The notes beneath the pieces were generated by a model. That model saw nothing but the letters and a program-made list of their open reading frames with translations. It did no database searches and was not told where the DNA came from. From assembly GCA_035637675.1 (NCBI GenBank), contig DASPWU010000072.1, positions 20,074 to 84,073 on the forward strand: 64,000 nucleotides of DNA, given 5' to 3'. Source of the DNA: Candidatus Limnocylindria bacterium. GTDB taxonomy: Bacteria; Chloroflexota; Limnocylindria; Limnocylindrales; CSP1-4. This document shows positions 18,360 to 28,281 of this stretch, piece by piece. How positions within the stretch are numbered: position 1 is the stretch's first letter; each line of letters opens with the position of its first letter. A program made the position numbers and the translations under genes.

Positions 18360-19145
18360 ATGCGACCCCTCGCCGCTCTCGAGCGGATCATCGAACGGCT
18401 CGTCGAACGGTCATCGGCCCGACTCTTCCGGACGCGAATCCAGCCGCTTCAGGTCCAGCGGCGGGTCGAGCGGGAAATGGAGACGCATCGCCGCAGCGTG
18501 GGCGATCGGACCCTGGTGCCCAACCGCTTCACGGTACGCCTGAATCCGGCCGATCTGGCCGAGCTCGAGGCGGTTGCCCAGAGCCTGGTCGCGGAGCTTG
18601 CCGACGCCGCGCTCACGTTCGCCCGGGCGCACCGATACGCCGTTGCGGATCGACCGCAGGTGGCGCTCGTCGCAAACCGCGCTGTCGCCGTGGGGGAGAT
18701 CGACGTCGATGCCCGATTCGAGGATCCCGGACGACCCATGGACGGTGCCGTCGCGCGGGCCGGCCAGCCCGATGGCTCACCGATGGGCGATGACGCCCCG
18801 GGCCTCGAGCGGACCATGGTGTTCTCGATCCCGCAGCCGGAGGCCCCGCTCGCCGTGCTGCGCCAGATCCTGCCCGATGGGTCGGATCGCCAGATTCTCC
18901 TCGACGGACGGCCGCTGACGATTGGCCGGGCGACCGACAACGACGTGGTCCTCCGGGACTCGCGGGTGTCTCGCCATCATGCTCGCCTCCAGAGTCGACG
19001 GGGCACGCTGGTGCTGACCGACCTGGGAAGCAGCAACGGCTCGCGGGTCAACGGGATCACCGTGCAGGAGGTGGTATTGGGGCCCGGCGACCGGATCCAG
19101 CTGGGTGACTCGGTCCTGGTCGTCGACAGCGTGTCCAACGCCTGA
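18360..19145 (+). CDS. fhaA: FhaA-like protein (DUF3662 N-terminal domain plus C-terminal FHA domain)
   Basis: N-terminal MRPLAALERIIERLVE...FRTRIQP. C-terminal FHA: GRATDNDVVLRDSRVSRHHARL...LTDLGSSNGSRVNG. Confidence 0.75.
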   Translation: MRPLAALERIIERLVERSSARLFRTRIQPLQVQRRVEREMETHRRSVGDRTLVPNRFTVRLNPADLAELEAVAQSLVAELADAALTFARAHRYAVADRPQVALVANRAVAVGEIDVDARFEDPGRPMDGAVARAGQPDGSPMGDDAPGLERTMVFSIPQPEAPLAVLRQILPDGSDRQILLDGRPLTIGRATDNDVVLRDSRVSRHHARLQSRRGTLVLTDLGSSNGSRVNGITVQEVVLGPGDRIQLGDSVLVVDSVSNA

Positions 19146-19149
19146 ACAG

Positions 19150-19587
19150 ATGGATGGCGCCCTTCTGACGCTGTGGATCATGCGCCTCGCCTTCCTGGCC
19201 CTGATCTACCTGTTCCTGATCGGTGTGGTCCGCGTGCTCATCCGCGACCTGCGGGCCGCGTCGCGCGAGCCGGCCACCGAGCTCGGGCGGCTGATCGTGC
19301 TCGCGTCGCCCTCCGGCGAGCCGGCGGTCGGCTCGGTCTTCGCGCTGGATGCCGTCACGACGATCGGCCGCGACGTGAACAACGCCGTCGTCATCGAGGA
19401 TCCGTTCGCGTCTTCCGAGCACTGTGCCCTGACGTTCCGTGGCCGCTCGTGGTACGTGGAGGACCTGGCCAGCACGAACGGCACGTTCCTCAACGGCAAC
19501 CAGGTCGATGGAACGGCCCCGATGAGCTACGGCGACGAGATCCAGGTCGGTGAGGTCCGGCTGCGCCTGGAGCGAGGTCGCCGGTGA
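19150..19587 (+). CDS. fhaB: FhaB/FipA-like protein (N-terminal TM helix plus FHA domain)
   Basis: TM LWIMRLAFLALIYLFLIGVV. FHA: IGRDVNNAVVIEDPFASSEHCAL...VEDLASTNGTFLNG. ATG 5 nt after the fhaA stop. Confidence 0.75.
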   Translation: MDGALLTLWIMRLAFLALIYLFLIGVVRVLIRDLRAASREPATELGRLIVLASPSGEPAVGSVFALDAVTTIGRDVNNAVVIEDPFASSEHCALTFRGRSWYVEDLASTNGTFLNGNQVDGTAPMSYGDEIQVGEVRLRLERGRR

Positions 19588-21041
19588 GCGGCAGCCGGCA
19601 GATGGCCCTCCCGGCGTTGCGCTGGAGGGCGATCCGGCCACGCGCGCGCTGGCGGGAGAGCGCCCTGCTTGGACTGCTGGCCGTGACGCTCATCGTGGGC
19701 AGCGCCTCGCTGGGTGCAACCGAGCGAGTGCTGGCCGGGGGTCAGCCCGGATTTGCCGCGGCCGACCCGCGTGCGCTGAGCCTCTACCTGGGCATGCTCT
19801 TCGCCGTTCACCTGGCCCAGGTGCTCGCCGGGCGCCGCACCGACCAGGTGCTCCTGCCGGCTGTGGGGATGCTCGGCGGCATCGGGCTTCTCCTCATGGA
19901 GCGGCTGCCGCCCGGTCAGGTCACCCAGCAGATCTTCGGCAGGACGCTCGTCCTCGGCCAGCTCCAGCTGGCCTGGCTCGTGCTGGCGCTCGCGATCGTC
20001 GGCGGGCTGGCGGTGGCGGTCCGATCCGACCGATGGCTGCGCCTCTACAAGTACACCTGGGCCGCCGCGGGAATCGCGCTGCTCCTGCTCACCCTCGTCC
20101 TGGGCATCGACGTGAACGGGGCTCGCCTGTCGCTCCGGGTCGGGCCCCTGACCGGACAGCCGTCCGAGCTCCTGAAGGTGATGCTGGTCATCTTCCTGGC
20201 CGGCTACCTGTCCGAGAACCGGCCGCTGCTGGTCGAGCAGGACACGAGGCTCGGGCCGATCCGCCTGCCGCCGCTGCCCTACCTGGCCCCGATGGTTGCC
20301 ATGTGGGCGACGGCGCTGGGAATCGTCGTGATCGAGCGCGACCTGGGCGCCGCGCTGCTGTTCTTCGTGGTCTTCCTGCTGCTCCTGTACATCGCCACCG
20401 GCCGAACCAGCGCGATCGTGCTCGGCCTCATCCTGTTCGCGGTCGGCTCCGTGCTCGCCTATCAGCTCGTCGAGCACGTGCGAACCAGGGTCGATATCTG
20501 GGTCGATCCGTTTGCGGACCCCACCGGGGCCGGATACCAGGTGGTCCAGGCGCTCCACGCCTTCGCCCGGGGCGGAATCGTCGGCACCGGGTTGGGCGGC
20601 GGGCTGCCGCTCATCGACGGGCAGCCTCCGATTCCCGCGCTGCACACCGACTTCCCGTTCGCGGCCCTGGGCGAGGAGCTGGGCCTGGCCGGGATCCTGG
20701 CGATCCTGGGCCTGTACCTCGTGGTGATCGAGCGGGGCCTCCGCATCGCGGCCTCCGCGGCGGATGACTTCCGGGCGATCCTGGCGGCCGGGCTGAGTCT
20801 CGTCGTCGGCGTCCAGGCGTTCATCATCGCGGCCGGCAATCTCAAGCTCATCCCCTTGACCGGCATCACCCTGCCCTTCATCAGCTATGGCGGCTCGTCG
20901 CTGCTCACGAATGCCGTCGTGGTCGGCCTGCTGCTGGCGATCTCGGACAAGGGCGTGGAGCCGCCGCCTGCACCGGGACGCCTGCCGCGGCTGTCCCGGC
21001 GCCGCCTGGTGGGATTTCTCCAGCGCGGACGCGCGCAATGA
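19584..21041 (+). CDS. rodA: FtsW/RodA/SpoVE family peptidoglycan glycosyltransferase
   Basis: Ten-TM SEDS protein with conserved FILIxEPDLG-like and PxxGxTLPFISYGGSS motifs. Overlaps the fhaB stop. Confidence 0.85.
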   Translation: MSGSRQMALPALRWRAIRPRARWRESALLGLLAVTLIVGSASLGATERVLAGGQPGFAAADPRALSLYLGMLFAVHLAQVLAGRRTDQVLLPAVGMLGGIGLLLMERLPPGQVTQQIFGRTLVLGQLQLAWLVLALAIVGGLAVAVRSDRWLRLYKYTWAAAGIALLLLTLVLGIDVNGARLSLRVGPLTGQPSELLKVMLVIFLAGYLSENRPLLVEQDTRLGPIRLPPLPYLAPMVAMWATALGIVVIERDLGAALLFFVVFLLLLYIATGRTSAIVLGLILFAVGSVLAYQLVEHVRTRVDIWVDPFADPTGAGYQVVQALHAFARGGIVGTGLGGGLPLIDGQPPIPALHTDFPFAALGEELGLAGILAILGLYLVVIERGLRIAASAADDFRAILAAGLSLVVGVQAFIIAAGNLKLIPLTGITLPFISYGGSSLLTNAVVVGLLLAISDKGVEPPPAPGRLPRLSRRRLVGFLQRGRAQ

Positions 21042-22567
21042 CCGCCGGCCGGCCACCCCAGGCTGTCCGTCGCGTCACCGGCCGCACGGTTGGCCGCAAC
21101 ATCAGTCGCGTCGGCGTCACCCTGGCCCTCGCGTTCGCGGCTCTGGCGGGCGGCGCCGGCTACTGGCAGGTCGTCCGGTCCACGGACCTGTCGACCTCCC
21201 CCGACGACGCGGCGGTCATCTCGGCCGTTCGTCACGTTCCCCGGGGCCGCATCCTGGACCGCCGTGGCACGGTCCTCGCCTCGAACAAGCTGGACGCGAA
21301 CCGGGAGCCATACCGCACGTACCGCTACCCGGTGATGAGTCCGGTGATCGGCTACGCCTCGCGGCAATTCGGCAAGGCCGGCCTGGAGCTCGCGTACGAC
21401 GCGCAGCTGGCCGGCCTCCGTCGTGCCGATCCGGTGGCCGACATGCTCACGAAGTTCCAGACCAAACGCTATGACCCGCAGGACATCACCCTGTCCATTT
21501 CCCTCCAGCTCCAGGCCGCCGCGGCCCGCGGGCTCGGTCGCGACCAGGGCGCCGTCGTCATGCTCGATCCGCGGACCGGCGAGGTCCTGGCGCTCGCCTC
21601 CACGCCCACGTTCAACGCGTCCACCCTGACCAACCCGAAGCGGGACGAGGCAGCGGCGTCCTGGAAGGCGCTCAACGCCGACAAGGCCGACCCGCTCCTG
21701 CCGCGGGCCACCCTGGGCAAGTACGTCCCGGGCTCGGTCATGAAGATCGTCACGGCGATTGCCGCCTTCCGGTCCGGTTCGATCACGAAGGACACCACGT
21801 TCAAGCAGCAGCCCGGGGCGGAGACGACCGGCCTGCTCGTCTCCGGTTACCGCGTCCGCGACGGTCATCACCTGTTCACGGGAGACAGGGCCCTCGATTT
21901 CATCGAGGCGACCGAGGTGTCGTGCAACATCTACTTCGCCCTCGCCGGCCTTCGGACCGGCGGCGCCGAGATGGATGCGGCAGCCCGCAAGCTGGGCTTC
22001 TACGCACCGATCCCGTTCGACCTGCCCACCGCGTCGTCCCAGCTGACCAACGGCGGCGGGCCGCTGCCGGGCGGCTTCCTCGATCGGGTCGAGCTGGCCA
22101 ACGCGGCCTACGGTCAGGGTGAGACGGTCGTGACGCCGCTCCAGATGGCCCTGGTCGCGGCCACGGTCGCCAACGACGGCGTCCTCATGAAGCCCCATCT
22201 GGTGCGCTCCTTCAAGGGCGCCAACGGCACGCAGACGGTGGCACCCGAGACCTGGACCACGGTCCTCCCGTTCAACGATGCCGCGGTCATCAAGGAGGCA
22301 ATGCAGCGCGCCGTGGAGGGTCAGTACGGCCGTCTGTTCACGTCCGGCGCCAGGGTGCCCGGCATCCCGACCGCGGGCAAGACCGGCACGGCCCAGCTGG
22401 GCGGCTCCGGCGAGCCCAACAGCTGGTTCATCGGCTTCGCTCCGGTCGACCAGCCGCGCGTGGCCATCGCCGTCGTGGTGGCGCACGGCGGCGGCGGCGG
22501 GGCACGCGCAGCGCCGCTGGCCGGCAACCTGATGCAGCTCTTCTTCGACACCGAGGCGAATCGATGA
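21038..22567 (+). CDS. pbpA: Penicillin-binding protein (class B transpeptidase)
   Basis: SxxK (GSVMK), SxN (SCN) and KTGT motifs. N-terminal TM. Overlaps the rodA stop. Confidence 0.85.
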   Translation: MTAGRPPQAVRRVTGRTVGRNISRVGVTLALAFAALAGGAGYWQVVRSTDLSTSPDDAAVISAVRHVPRGRILDRRGTVLASNKLDANREPYRTYRYPVMSPVIGYASRQFGKAGLELAYDAQLAGLRRADPVADMLTKFQTKRYDPQDITLSISLQLQAAAARGLGRDQGAVVMLDPRTGEVLALASTPTFNASTLTNPKRDEAAASWKALNADKADPLLPRATLGKYVPGSVMKIVTAIAAFRSGSITKDTTFKQQPGAETTGLLVSGYRVRDGHHLFTGDRALDFIEATEVSCNIYFALAGLRTGGAEMDAAARKLGFYAPIPFDLPTASSQLTNGGGPLPGGFLDRVELANAAYGQGETVVTPLQMALVAATVANDGVLMKPHLVRSFKGANGTQTVAPETWTTVLPFNDAAVIKEAMQRAVEGQYGRLFTSGARVPGIPTAGKTGTAQLGGSGEPNSWFIGFAPVDQPRVAIAVVVAHGGGGGARAAPLAGNLMQLFFDTEANR

Positions 22568-22815
22568 CCGGCACCGACGGTGGTCCGGCCGAGGAGCCTG
22601 TCGGGGCACACGCTTCCGAGGCGGAGGCCAATCGCGAGCCCAGACCATGGATCGAGCGGATCGGCCTGGCCGGTATCGCGCTCCTCATGGCCGGGCTGTT
22701 CGGCACCGTCGGCGTGGCGGCCTGGTACGGGAACGAAGGATTCCTGGCCGCCATGGGTGCCATCGGCTGCCTCATGACCCTGTGGGTCGGGGCGCTGACG
22801 CTCGTCCGCGGCTGA
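22564..22815 (+). CDS. Small hypothetical membrane protein
   Basis: ATGA overlap with the pbpA stop. Two hydrophobic helices, [22 protein letters not shown] and [17 protein letters not shown]. Confidence 0.4.
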   Translation: MTGTDGGPAEEPVGAHASEAEANREPRPWIERIGLAGIALLMAGLFGTVGVAAWYGNEGFLAAMGAIGCLMTLWVGALTLVRG

Positions 22816-25758
22816 GCGCCACGCGCGGGCCCGGATCGAGCAACGCTGCCAGCGAGGCAGCGGATCCGTCGACCGCCTGGCCGGCCTTGCTCGTCTGCTC
22901 GAGCAGCTTCGCGACCAGGGCAGTCCAGCCCGTCTGATGGCTCGCTCCCAGGCCGGCCCCCGTGTCACCGTGGAAGTACTCGTAGAACAGGATCCGATCG
23001 CGGAACGCCGGATCGCGTGCGAACCGAGGGTCGGGGCCGAAGACCGGCCGTCGTCCCGCCGCATCGGGCAGGAACAGCGCCTCCAGCCGGAGCGACAGCT
23101 CGTGGGCCACATCCCCGAGGGTTGCCTGCCGACCGGACCCGGTCGGCAGCTCGACCGTGAACGCCTGGCCGTAGTAATGGTTGAACCGCTGGAGCGCCTC
23201 GATGATCAGGTAGTTGATGGGGAACCAGATCGGGCCGCGCCAGTTGGAGTTGCCGCCGAACAGCGGAAGGCGCGATTCGGCGGGTTCGTAATCCACGCGG
23301 TGCTCGGCACCGTCGATGGGCAGCACGAACGGGTGGTCGCGATGGAAGCGGCTCAGGGAGCGGATTCCGTGATCGGCAAGAAACTCGTCGGAGTCGAGCA
23401 TCCGGGCCAGCAGCGCCTGCAGCCGGTCGCCATGGACCAGCGCCAGCAGGCGGCGCTGGCCGACTCCCGGCTCTTCCCACGACGCCACGAGCCGGGCGAG
23501 CTCCGGCCGGTTGGCCAGGAACCAGCGCATCCGCCGCCGGAACTCGGGCAGCAGGTCCAGGGTCCCCGGGTCGAGCGTCTCGACCGCGAGCATCGGGATC
23601 AGTCCCACCAGGGATCGGACCTTCAGCGGGATGACCTCGTCCGTATCGAGATGGAGCACGTCGTAGAAGAACCCGTCTTCCTCGTCCCAGAGGGGGATCC
23701 GCTCACCGTCGGGCAGGCCCACGCCGTTCAGGGCTCCGGCGATGTACAGGAAGTGCTCGAAGAATTTCGTCGCGATGTCCTCGTAGACGCGGTCCTCCCG
23801 CGCCAGCTCGAGCGCGATCGCCAGCATGTTCAGGCTGTACATCCCCATCCAGGCGGTGCCGTCCGCCTGCCCGAGGTGGCCCGCGACGGGCAGCGGCGCG
23901 CTCCGGTCGAACACGCCGATGTTGTCCAGGCCCAGGAAGCCGCCCTGGAAGACGTTGTTGCCGTCGGCGTCCTTGCGGTTCACCCACCAGGTGAAATTGA
24001 GCATGAGCTTGAGGAAGACACGCTCCAGGAACGAGCGGTCCGGCCGCCCGTGCAGGCGCTCGTCGATCTGGTAGACGCGCCGGGTCGCCCAGGCGTGGAC
24101 CGGCGGATTGACCTCGCCGAAGGACCACTCGTAGGCCGGCAGCTGGCCGTTGGGGTGCATGTACCACTCCCGCGTGAGCAGGAGGAGCTGAGCCTTGGCC
24201 AGCTCGGGATCCACCTGGGCCAGGGGGATGCAGTGGAAGGCCAGGTCCCATGACGCAAACCAGGGGTATTCCCAGGTATCGGGCATGAGCAGGATGTCCG
24301 CGTTGTTCAGCTCCGCCAATCGTGGTTGCGGCCGCGGCGGCGCTCCGGCGGAGGAACCGGCTGATCGGGGTCGCCCTCCAGCCAGCGCCCCACGTCGTAC
24401 TGATACCACTGCTCCGACCACAGGAGACCGGCGAACGCCTGGCGCTGGACGAGGCGCTCGTCGGGCGTCGCCCGCGGGCCGGCGAGCGGGCGATAGAACG
24501 CGTCCGCTTCCGCCCTGCGGGTCGCCAGCAGGTCGTCCGCGTCGGCAAATGGCACCGTCTCGTCCGGCGGCGCGTGGGGCGCGTGATCCGCCGGGTGGTC
24601 GGCATCCGGGGTCTCGTCACAGGAGAACAGGCGCAGGCGAATCCGGCTCGTCTCTCCGGGCGCCAGCAACAGCTCGTAGCGCACCGCCACCTTGGATCCT
24701 TCGCCGGCCGGATTGACCGCGTCACGCCGTCCCTCGACGACCGCCGCATGGATCCCGTCCTTGACGAACGGGCCGGGGTTGGACACCCCGTACAGGCGTT
24801 CTGCGTTCGTTTCGTTCTCCGTGAACAGCAGCTCCGGAGCGCGACCGTCGACGGGTTCCGCCGCAAGGCGGTAGGTGCCCAGGCGCGGATGGGACGACTC
24901 GACGCGCCGACAGCCGCCGGCGGTGGCTCCCACGTCGCGCAGGCGGGGCCGGGTCTTGTGGCGCCCCCACGACCAGGTGTTGCAGAACCACAGCGTGGGC
25001 AGCACGTCGAGCCGGGCCGGTTCGGGGCCGCGGTTGGTGACCGTGATCCGGATGACGAGATCCTCCGGCTGGGCCTTGGCGTATTCGACCTCCACGTCGA
25101 AATAGCGGTCGTCATCGAGGACGCCGGTGTCCAGCAGCTCGTATTCGGGGTCCGAGCGGGTCCGGCCGGCGTTTCCGGCCACGAGATCGTCGTATGGAAA
25201 CGCGGCCTGCGGGTACTTGTAGAGCGCCCGCAGGTAGCTGTGGGTCGGCGTCGCATCAAGGAACCAGTAGAGCTCCTTGACGTCCTCGCCGTGGTTTCCC
25301 TGCTGGCCACTGAGGCCGAAGAGGCGCTCCTTGAGGATGGCGTCCCGGCCGTTCCACAGGGCGAGCGCGAAGCACAGGCGCTGCTGGTCGTCACTGATGC
25401 CGAGCAGGCCGTCCTCGCCCCAGCGATAGGCGCGCGACCGGGCGTGGTCGTGCGGCAAGTACGCCCAGGCGTTGCCATCCGCCGAGTAGTCCTCGCGAAC
25501 GGTGCCCCACTGGCGCTGGGACAGGTACGGACCCCAGCGACGCCAGCGCGTCGACGGGTCGGCGGCAGCGGCCAGGCGGGCGCGCTCGGCGTCCACTTGC
25601 CGAGCGGGAGATCGTCGACGGGGTCGGGCATCGGCTCGACCGCCGGGTCGAGCCGGGCGTGTCGCGCCAGCCACGCCCCGAGCGCTGCCGGCGGCCGATC
25701 GATCGACGCTCATCGAGTCATCGCCCCGGATCATGCGTCCCGGCCATCGCTGGAGCAT
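22772..25758 (-). pseudogene. Glycoside hydrolase family 63 (MGH/YgjK-like glucosidase) split by a frameshift near 24307-24421
   Basis: Upstream ORF 24307-25758 carries the GH63 N-domain ([21 protein letters not shown]...[11 protein letters not shown]...GRNHDWRS-stop). The downstream ORF 22772-24421 in another frame continues with [25 protein letters not shown] and the (alpha/alpha)6 domain. The two are contiguous in homologues. The N-terminal start is uncertain (25596-25758). Confidence 0.55.
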
Positions 25759-25926
25759 CTCCGCGATGGGCCGGATCCAAGCGTCACCGCGAACCCATTC
25801 TGGTCGTCAGACGTACTATCGGTTGACACTCCGGCGTGCGCCATCAGTCGCCGCTCCGCCGAATCCACCGAAATCGCTTATGGGCGAGGCTCCCAGACCG
25901 GGTCACGCCCCACCCGCGAGGAGCCC

Positions 25927-26959
25927 AATGACCAAGATCCAGGAGTCCGGCGAGAAGGTCATCGCCAACGTCGAGCGGGTGATCGTGGGCAAGCACCACG
26001 AGGTCCGCCTGGCCCTCGTCGCGTTGCTGTGTCGCGGTCACCTCCTCATCGAGGATGTGCCCGGCACGGGCAAGACGATGCTCGCCAAGGCGTTCGCCCG
26101 CAGCCTTGGCTGTACGTTCCGGCGCATCCAGTTCACGCCCGACCTGCTCCCCTCCGATGTGACCGGGCTCTCGATCTTCAACCAGAAGACGCAGGAGTTC
26201 GAGTTCCGCCCCGGGCCGATCATGGCCCAGGTCGTCCTGGCCGACGAGATCAACCGGGCCACGCCAAAGACCCAGTCGAGCCTGCTGGAGTGCATGGAGG
26301 AGCGCCAGGCCACGATCGACGGGACCACCTACAAGATGCCCGACCCGTTCCTCGTCATCGCCACCCAGAACCCGATCGAGTACGAGGGCACCTTCGCCCT
26401 GCCGGAGGCCCAGCTCGACCGGTTCATGCTCAGGATCCGGCTCGGCTACCCGCAGCCCATCGAGGAGATCGTCATCCTCGACGAGCAGAAGCGGGAGCAT
26501 CCGCTCGACGAGCTGGAAGAGGTCTGCGGTGTGGACGAGCTGCGCGAGCTGCAGGCTGCGGTCCGCGAGATCTACGTCGACTCGACCGTGAGCGACTACA
26601 TCGTCCGCCTGGTCAACGGCACGCGGAACCACCCGGACGTCTACCTGGGTGCGTCGCCTCGCGGCTCGCTCGCTCTGTACCGCGCCGGCCAGGCCATGGC
26701 CGCACTGCTCGGTCGCGATTACGTCATCCCGGACGACGTCAAGGTGCTGGCCGAGCCCGCCCTGGCCCACCGGCTCATCATCAAGACGAGCTCGACGATT
26801 CACGACGTCCAGCCCGGCCAGGTCATCCGTGAGCTGCTCGACACGACGGCCGTCGAGGGCGTCCATCCGCAGGGCCGCGAAGCGTCGCCCCGGCCGCTGC
26901 GACCGGCCGCCGTGGGAAGCGCCGAATCCGCCGGCATGGCCCGCGAAAGCAGCGTCTAG
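25927..26959 (+). CDS. MoxR family AAA+ ATPase
   Basis: Walker [10 protein letters not shown]. Walker [14 protein letters not shown] preceded by GAGGAG. Confidence 0.85.
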
Positions 26960-27000
26960 GCGCGGCAGGGACCGGCCCTCCTCGTCGTGCGATCCGTCCG

Positions 27001-28281
27001 ATGATCCGCCGCATCCAGGCGCTCGCGATCGCGACGACGCTCGTCCTGGCAGCCTTCTCGACCGGCCTGCCGTTCCTGTTCTACCTCCTGTATCTGGCCG
27101 TCCTCATCATCGGCGGCAGCTACATCGTGACCCGGCTGGGCCTGACCGATCTGGAGGCAGGCTACGCGGTCAACCAGCTCCACGGTCGGGTCGGAGACAC
27201 GCTCCGCGTGACGTACACCCTTCGCAATGCCAGCCGGACCCCAAAGCTCTGGCTCGAGGTCTACAACCCGACCAACCTGCCGGCGGGCCTGCCCGGCCGG
27301 GCCCTGTCACTCGGTCCCAACCGCGAGCGCTCCTGGATCATCAAGACGCCGCTCAACCGGCGCGGTCACTTCCGGATCGAGCCGCTCCAGATCCGAACCG
27401 GCGACCCGTTCGGGCTGTTCGAGGCGTCCGCGGCGGTCGGGCAGGGCCTGTCCCTGGTGGTCTACCCCCGCATCGAGCGACTGCCCCTCTGGCGATTGCC
27501 CGCCGCCAACATCGAGGGCAGCCACGCCGCCCCGGAACGGACGCTCCAGACGACCCCGCTGGCAACGACGGTTCGGCCCTACGCGCCGGGCGACAGCTTC
27601 AATCGAATCCACTGGAAATCGACCGCTCGGCACGGCGACATCCAGGTCAAGGAATTCGACCTTGAGCAGACCTCGGACGCGTGGATCTTTCTCGACCTCG
27701 ATCGACGCGTCCAGGCGGGCCGGGGTGATGACTCGACGGTGGAGATCGGGGTGATGGCAGCCGCCTCCATTGCCGACCGGGCTCTGCTCGAGAACCGGGC
27801 GGTGGGCCTCACCACGAGCGGCCATCGCATCGCGGTCGTGCCGGCCGACCGCGGCGGGCGCCAGCACCTCAAGATCATGCAGCTCCTGGCCGCGGTCGAG
27901 GGTGACGGCACCGGAATGCTGGCGGAGACCCTGGTCACCGGGCTGTCTCGGCTGCGCAGGGGCATGACCGCGGTCGTGATCACGCCGTCGCTCGAGCGCA
28001 ACTGGGTGCGCCCGCTCGCGTCACTTCGGTCGCGAGGGGTCGCCTGCGTGGTGGTCGTGATCGACGCCCAGTCGGCGAGAGTGGCCAGCGAGCCGGCCCG
28101 CCGGAGCCAGACGCCCTCGGGCACGGCCGCGGGAACGGCTCCCGGTTCGGCCGCCTGGCAGGCCGATGCCGACGCGCGGGCGCAGGCCGCCCGGGCCCTG
28201 CGTCACGCCCTGGCCGAGTACGAGCTGAGGGTGAACTGGGTGGAAGCCCGGCGGCCCCTCGCCGAGGCGCTGCTGGGATGA
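27001..28281 (+). CDS. DUF58 domain protein (MoxR partner, vWA-like)
   Basis: N-terminal TM pair. DUF58 core RPYAPGDSFNRIHWKSTARHGDIQVKEFD. Confidence 0.8.
   Translation: MIRRIQALAIATTLVLAAFSTGLPFLFYLLYLAVLIIGGSYIVTRLGLTDLEAGYAVNQLHGRVGDTLRVTYTLRNASRTPKLWLEVYNPTNLPAGLPGRALSLGPNRERSWIIKTPLNRRGHFRIEPLQIRTGDPFGLFEASAAVGQGLSLVVYPRIERLPLWRLPAANIEGSHAAPERTLQTTPLATTVRPYAPGDSFNRIHWKSTARHGDIQVKEFDLEQTSDAWIFLDLDRRVQAGRGDDSTVEIGVMAAASIADRALLENRAVGLTTSGHRIAVVPADRGGRQHLKIMQLLAAVEGDGTGMLAETLVTGLSRLRRGMTAVVITPSLERNWVRPLASLRSRGVACVVVVIDAQSARVASEPARRSQTPSGTAAGTAPGSAAWQADADARAQAARALRHALAEYELRVNWVEARRPLAEALLG

Noticed and set aside
19527-22648. Antisense ORFs of 509 and 587 aa opposite rodA and pbpA, and 405-aa plus-strand alternative frame 19550-20767
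   Set aside because: Low-complexity Arg/Gly/Pro translation. rodA and pbpA motifs (SEDS, SxxK/SxN/KTGT) occupy the region.
25759-25926. TTGACA hexamer upstream of moxR as a promoter -35
   Set aside because: No acceptable -10 element at 16-19 nt spacing. The TACTAT hexamer lies upstream of, not downstream from, the TTGACA.
23703-26866. ORFs 23703-25631 (minus), 24322-26832 (plus, 836 aa) and 25844-26866 (minus) overlapping the GH63 and MoxR genes
   Set aside because: Alternative-frame artefacts. The 836-aa plus-strand ORF has no motifs, whereas GH63 (minus) and MoxR (plus, from 25927) are clear.
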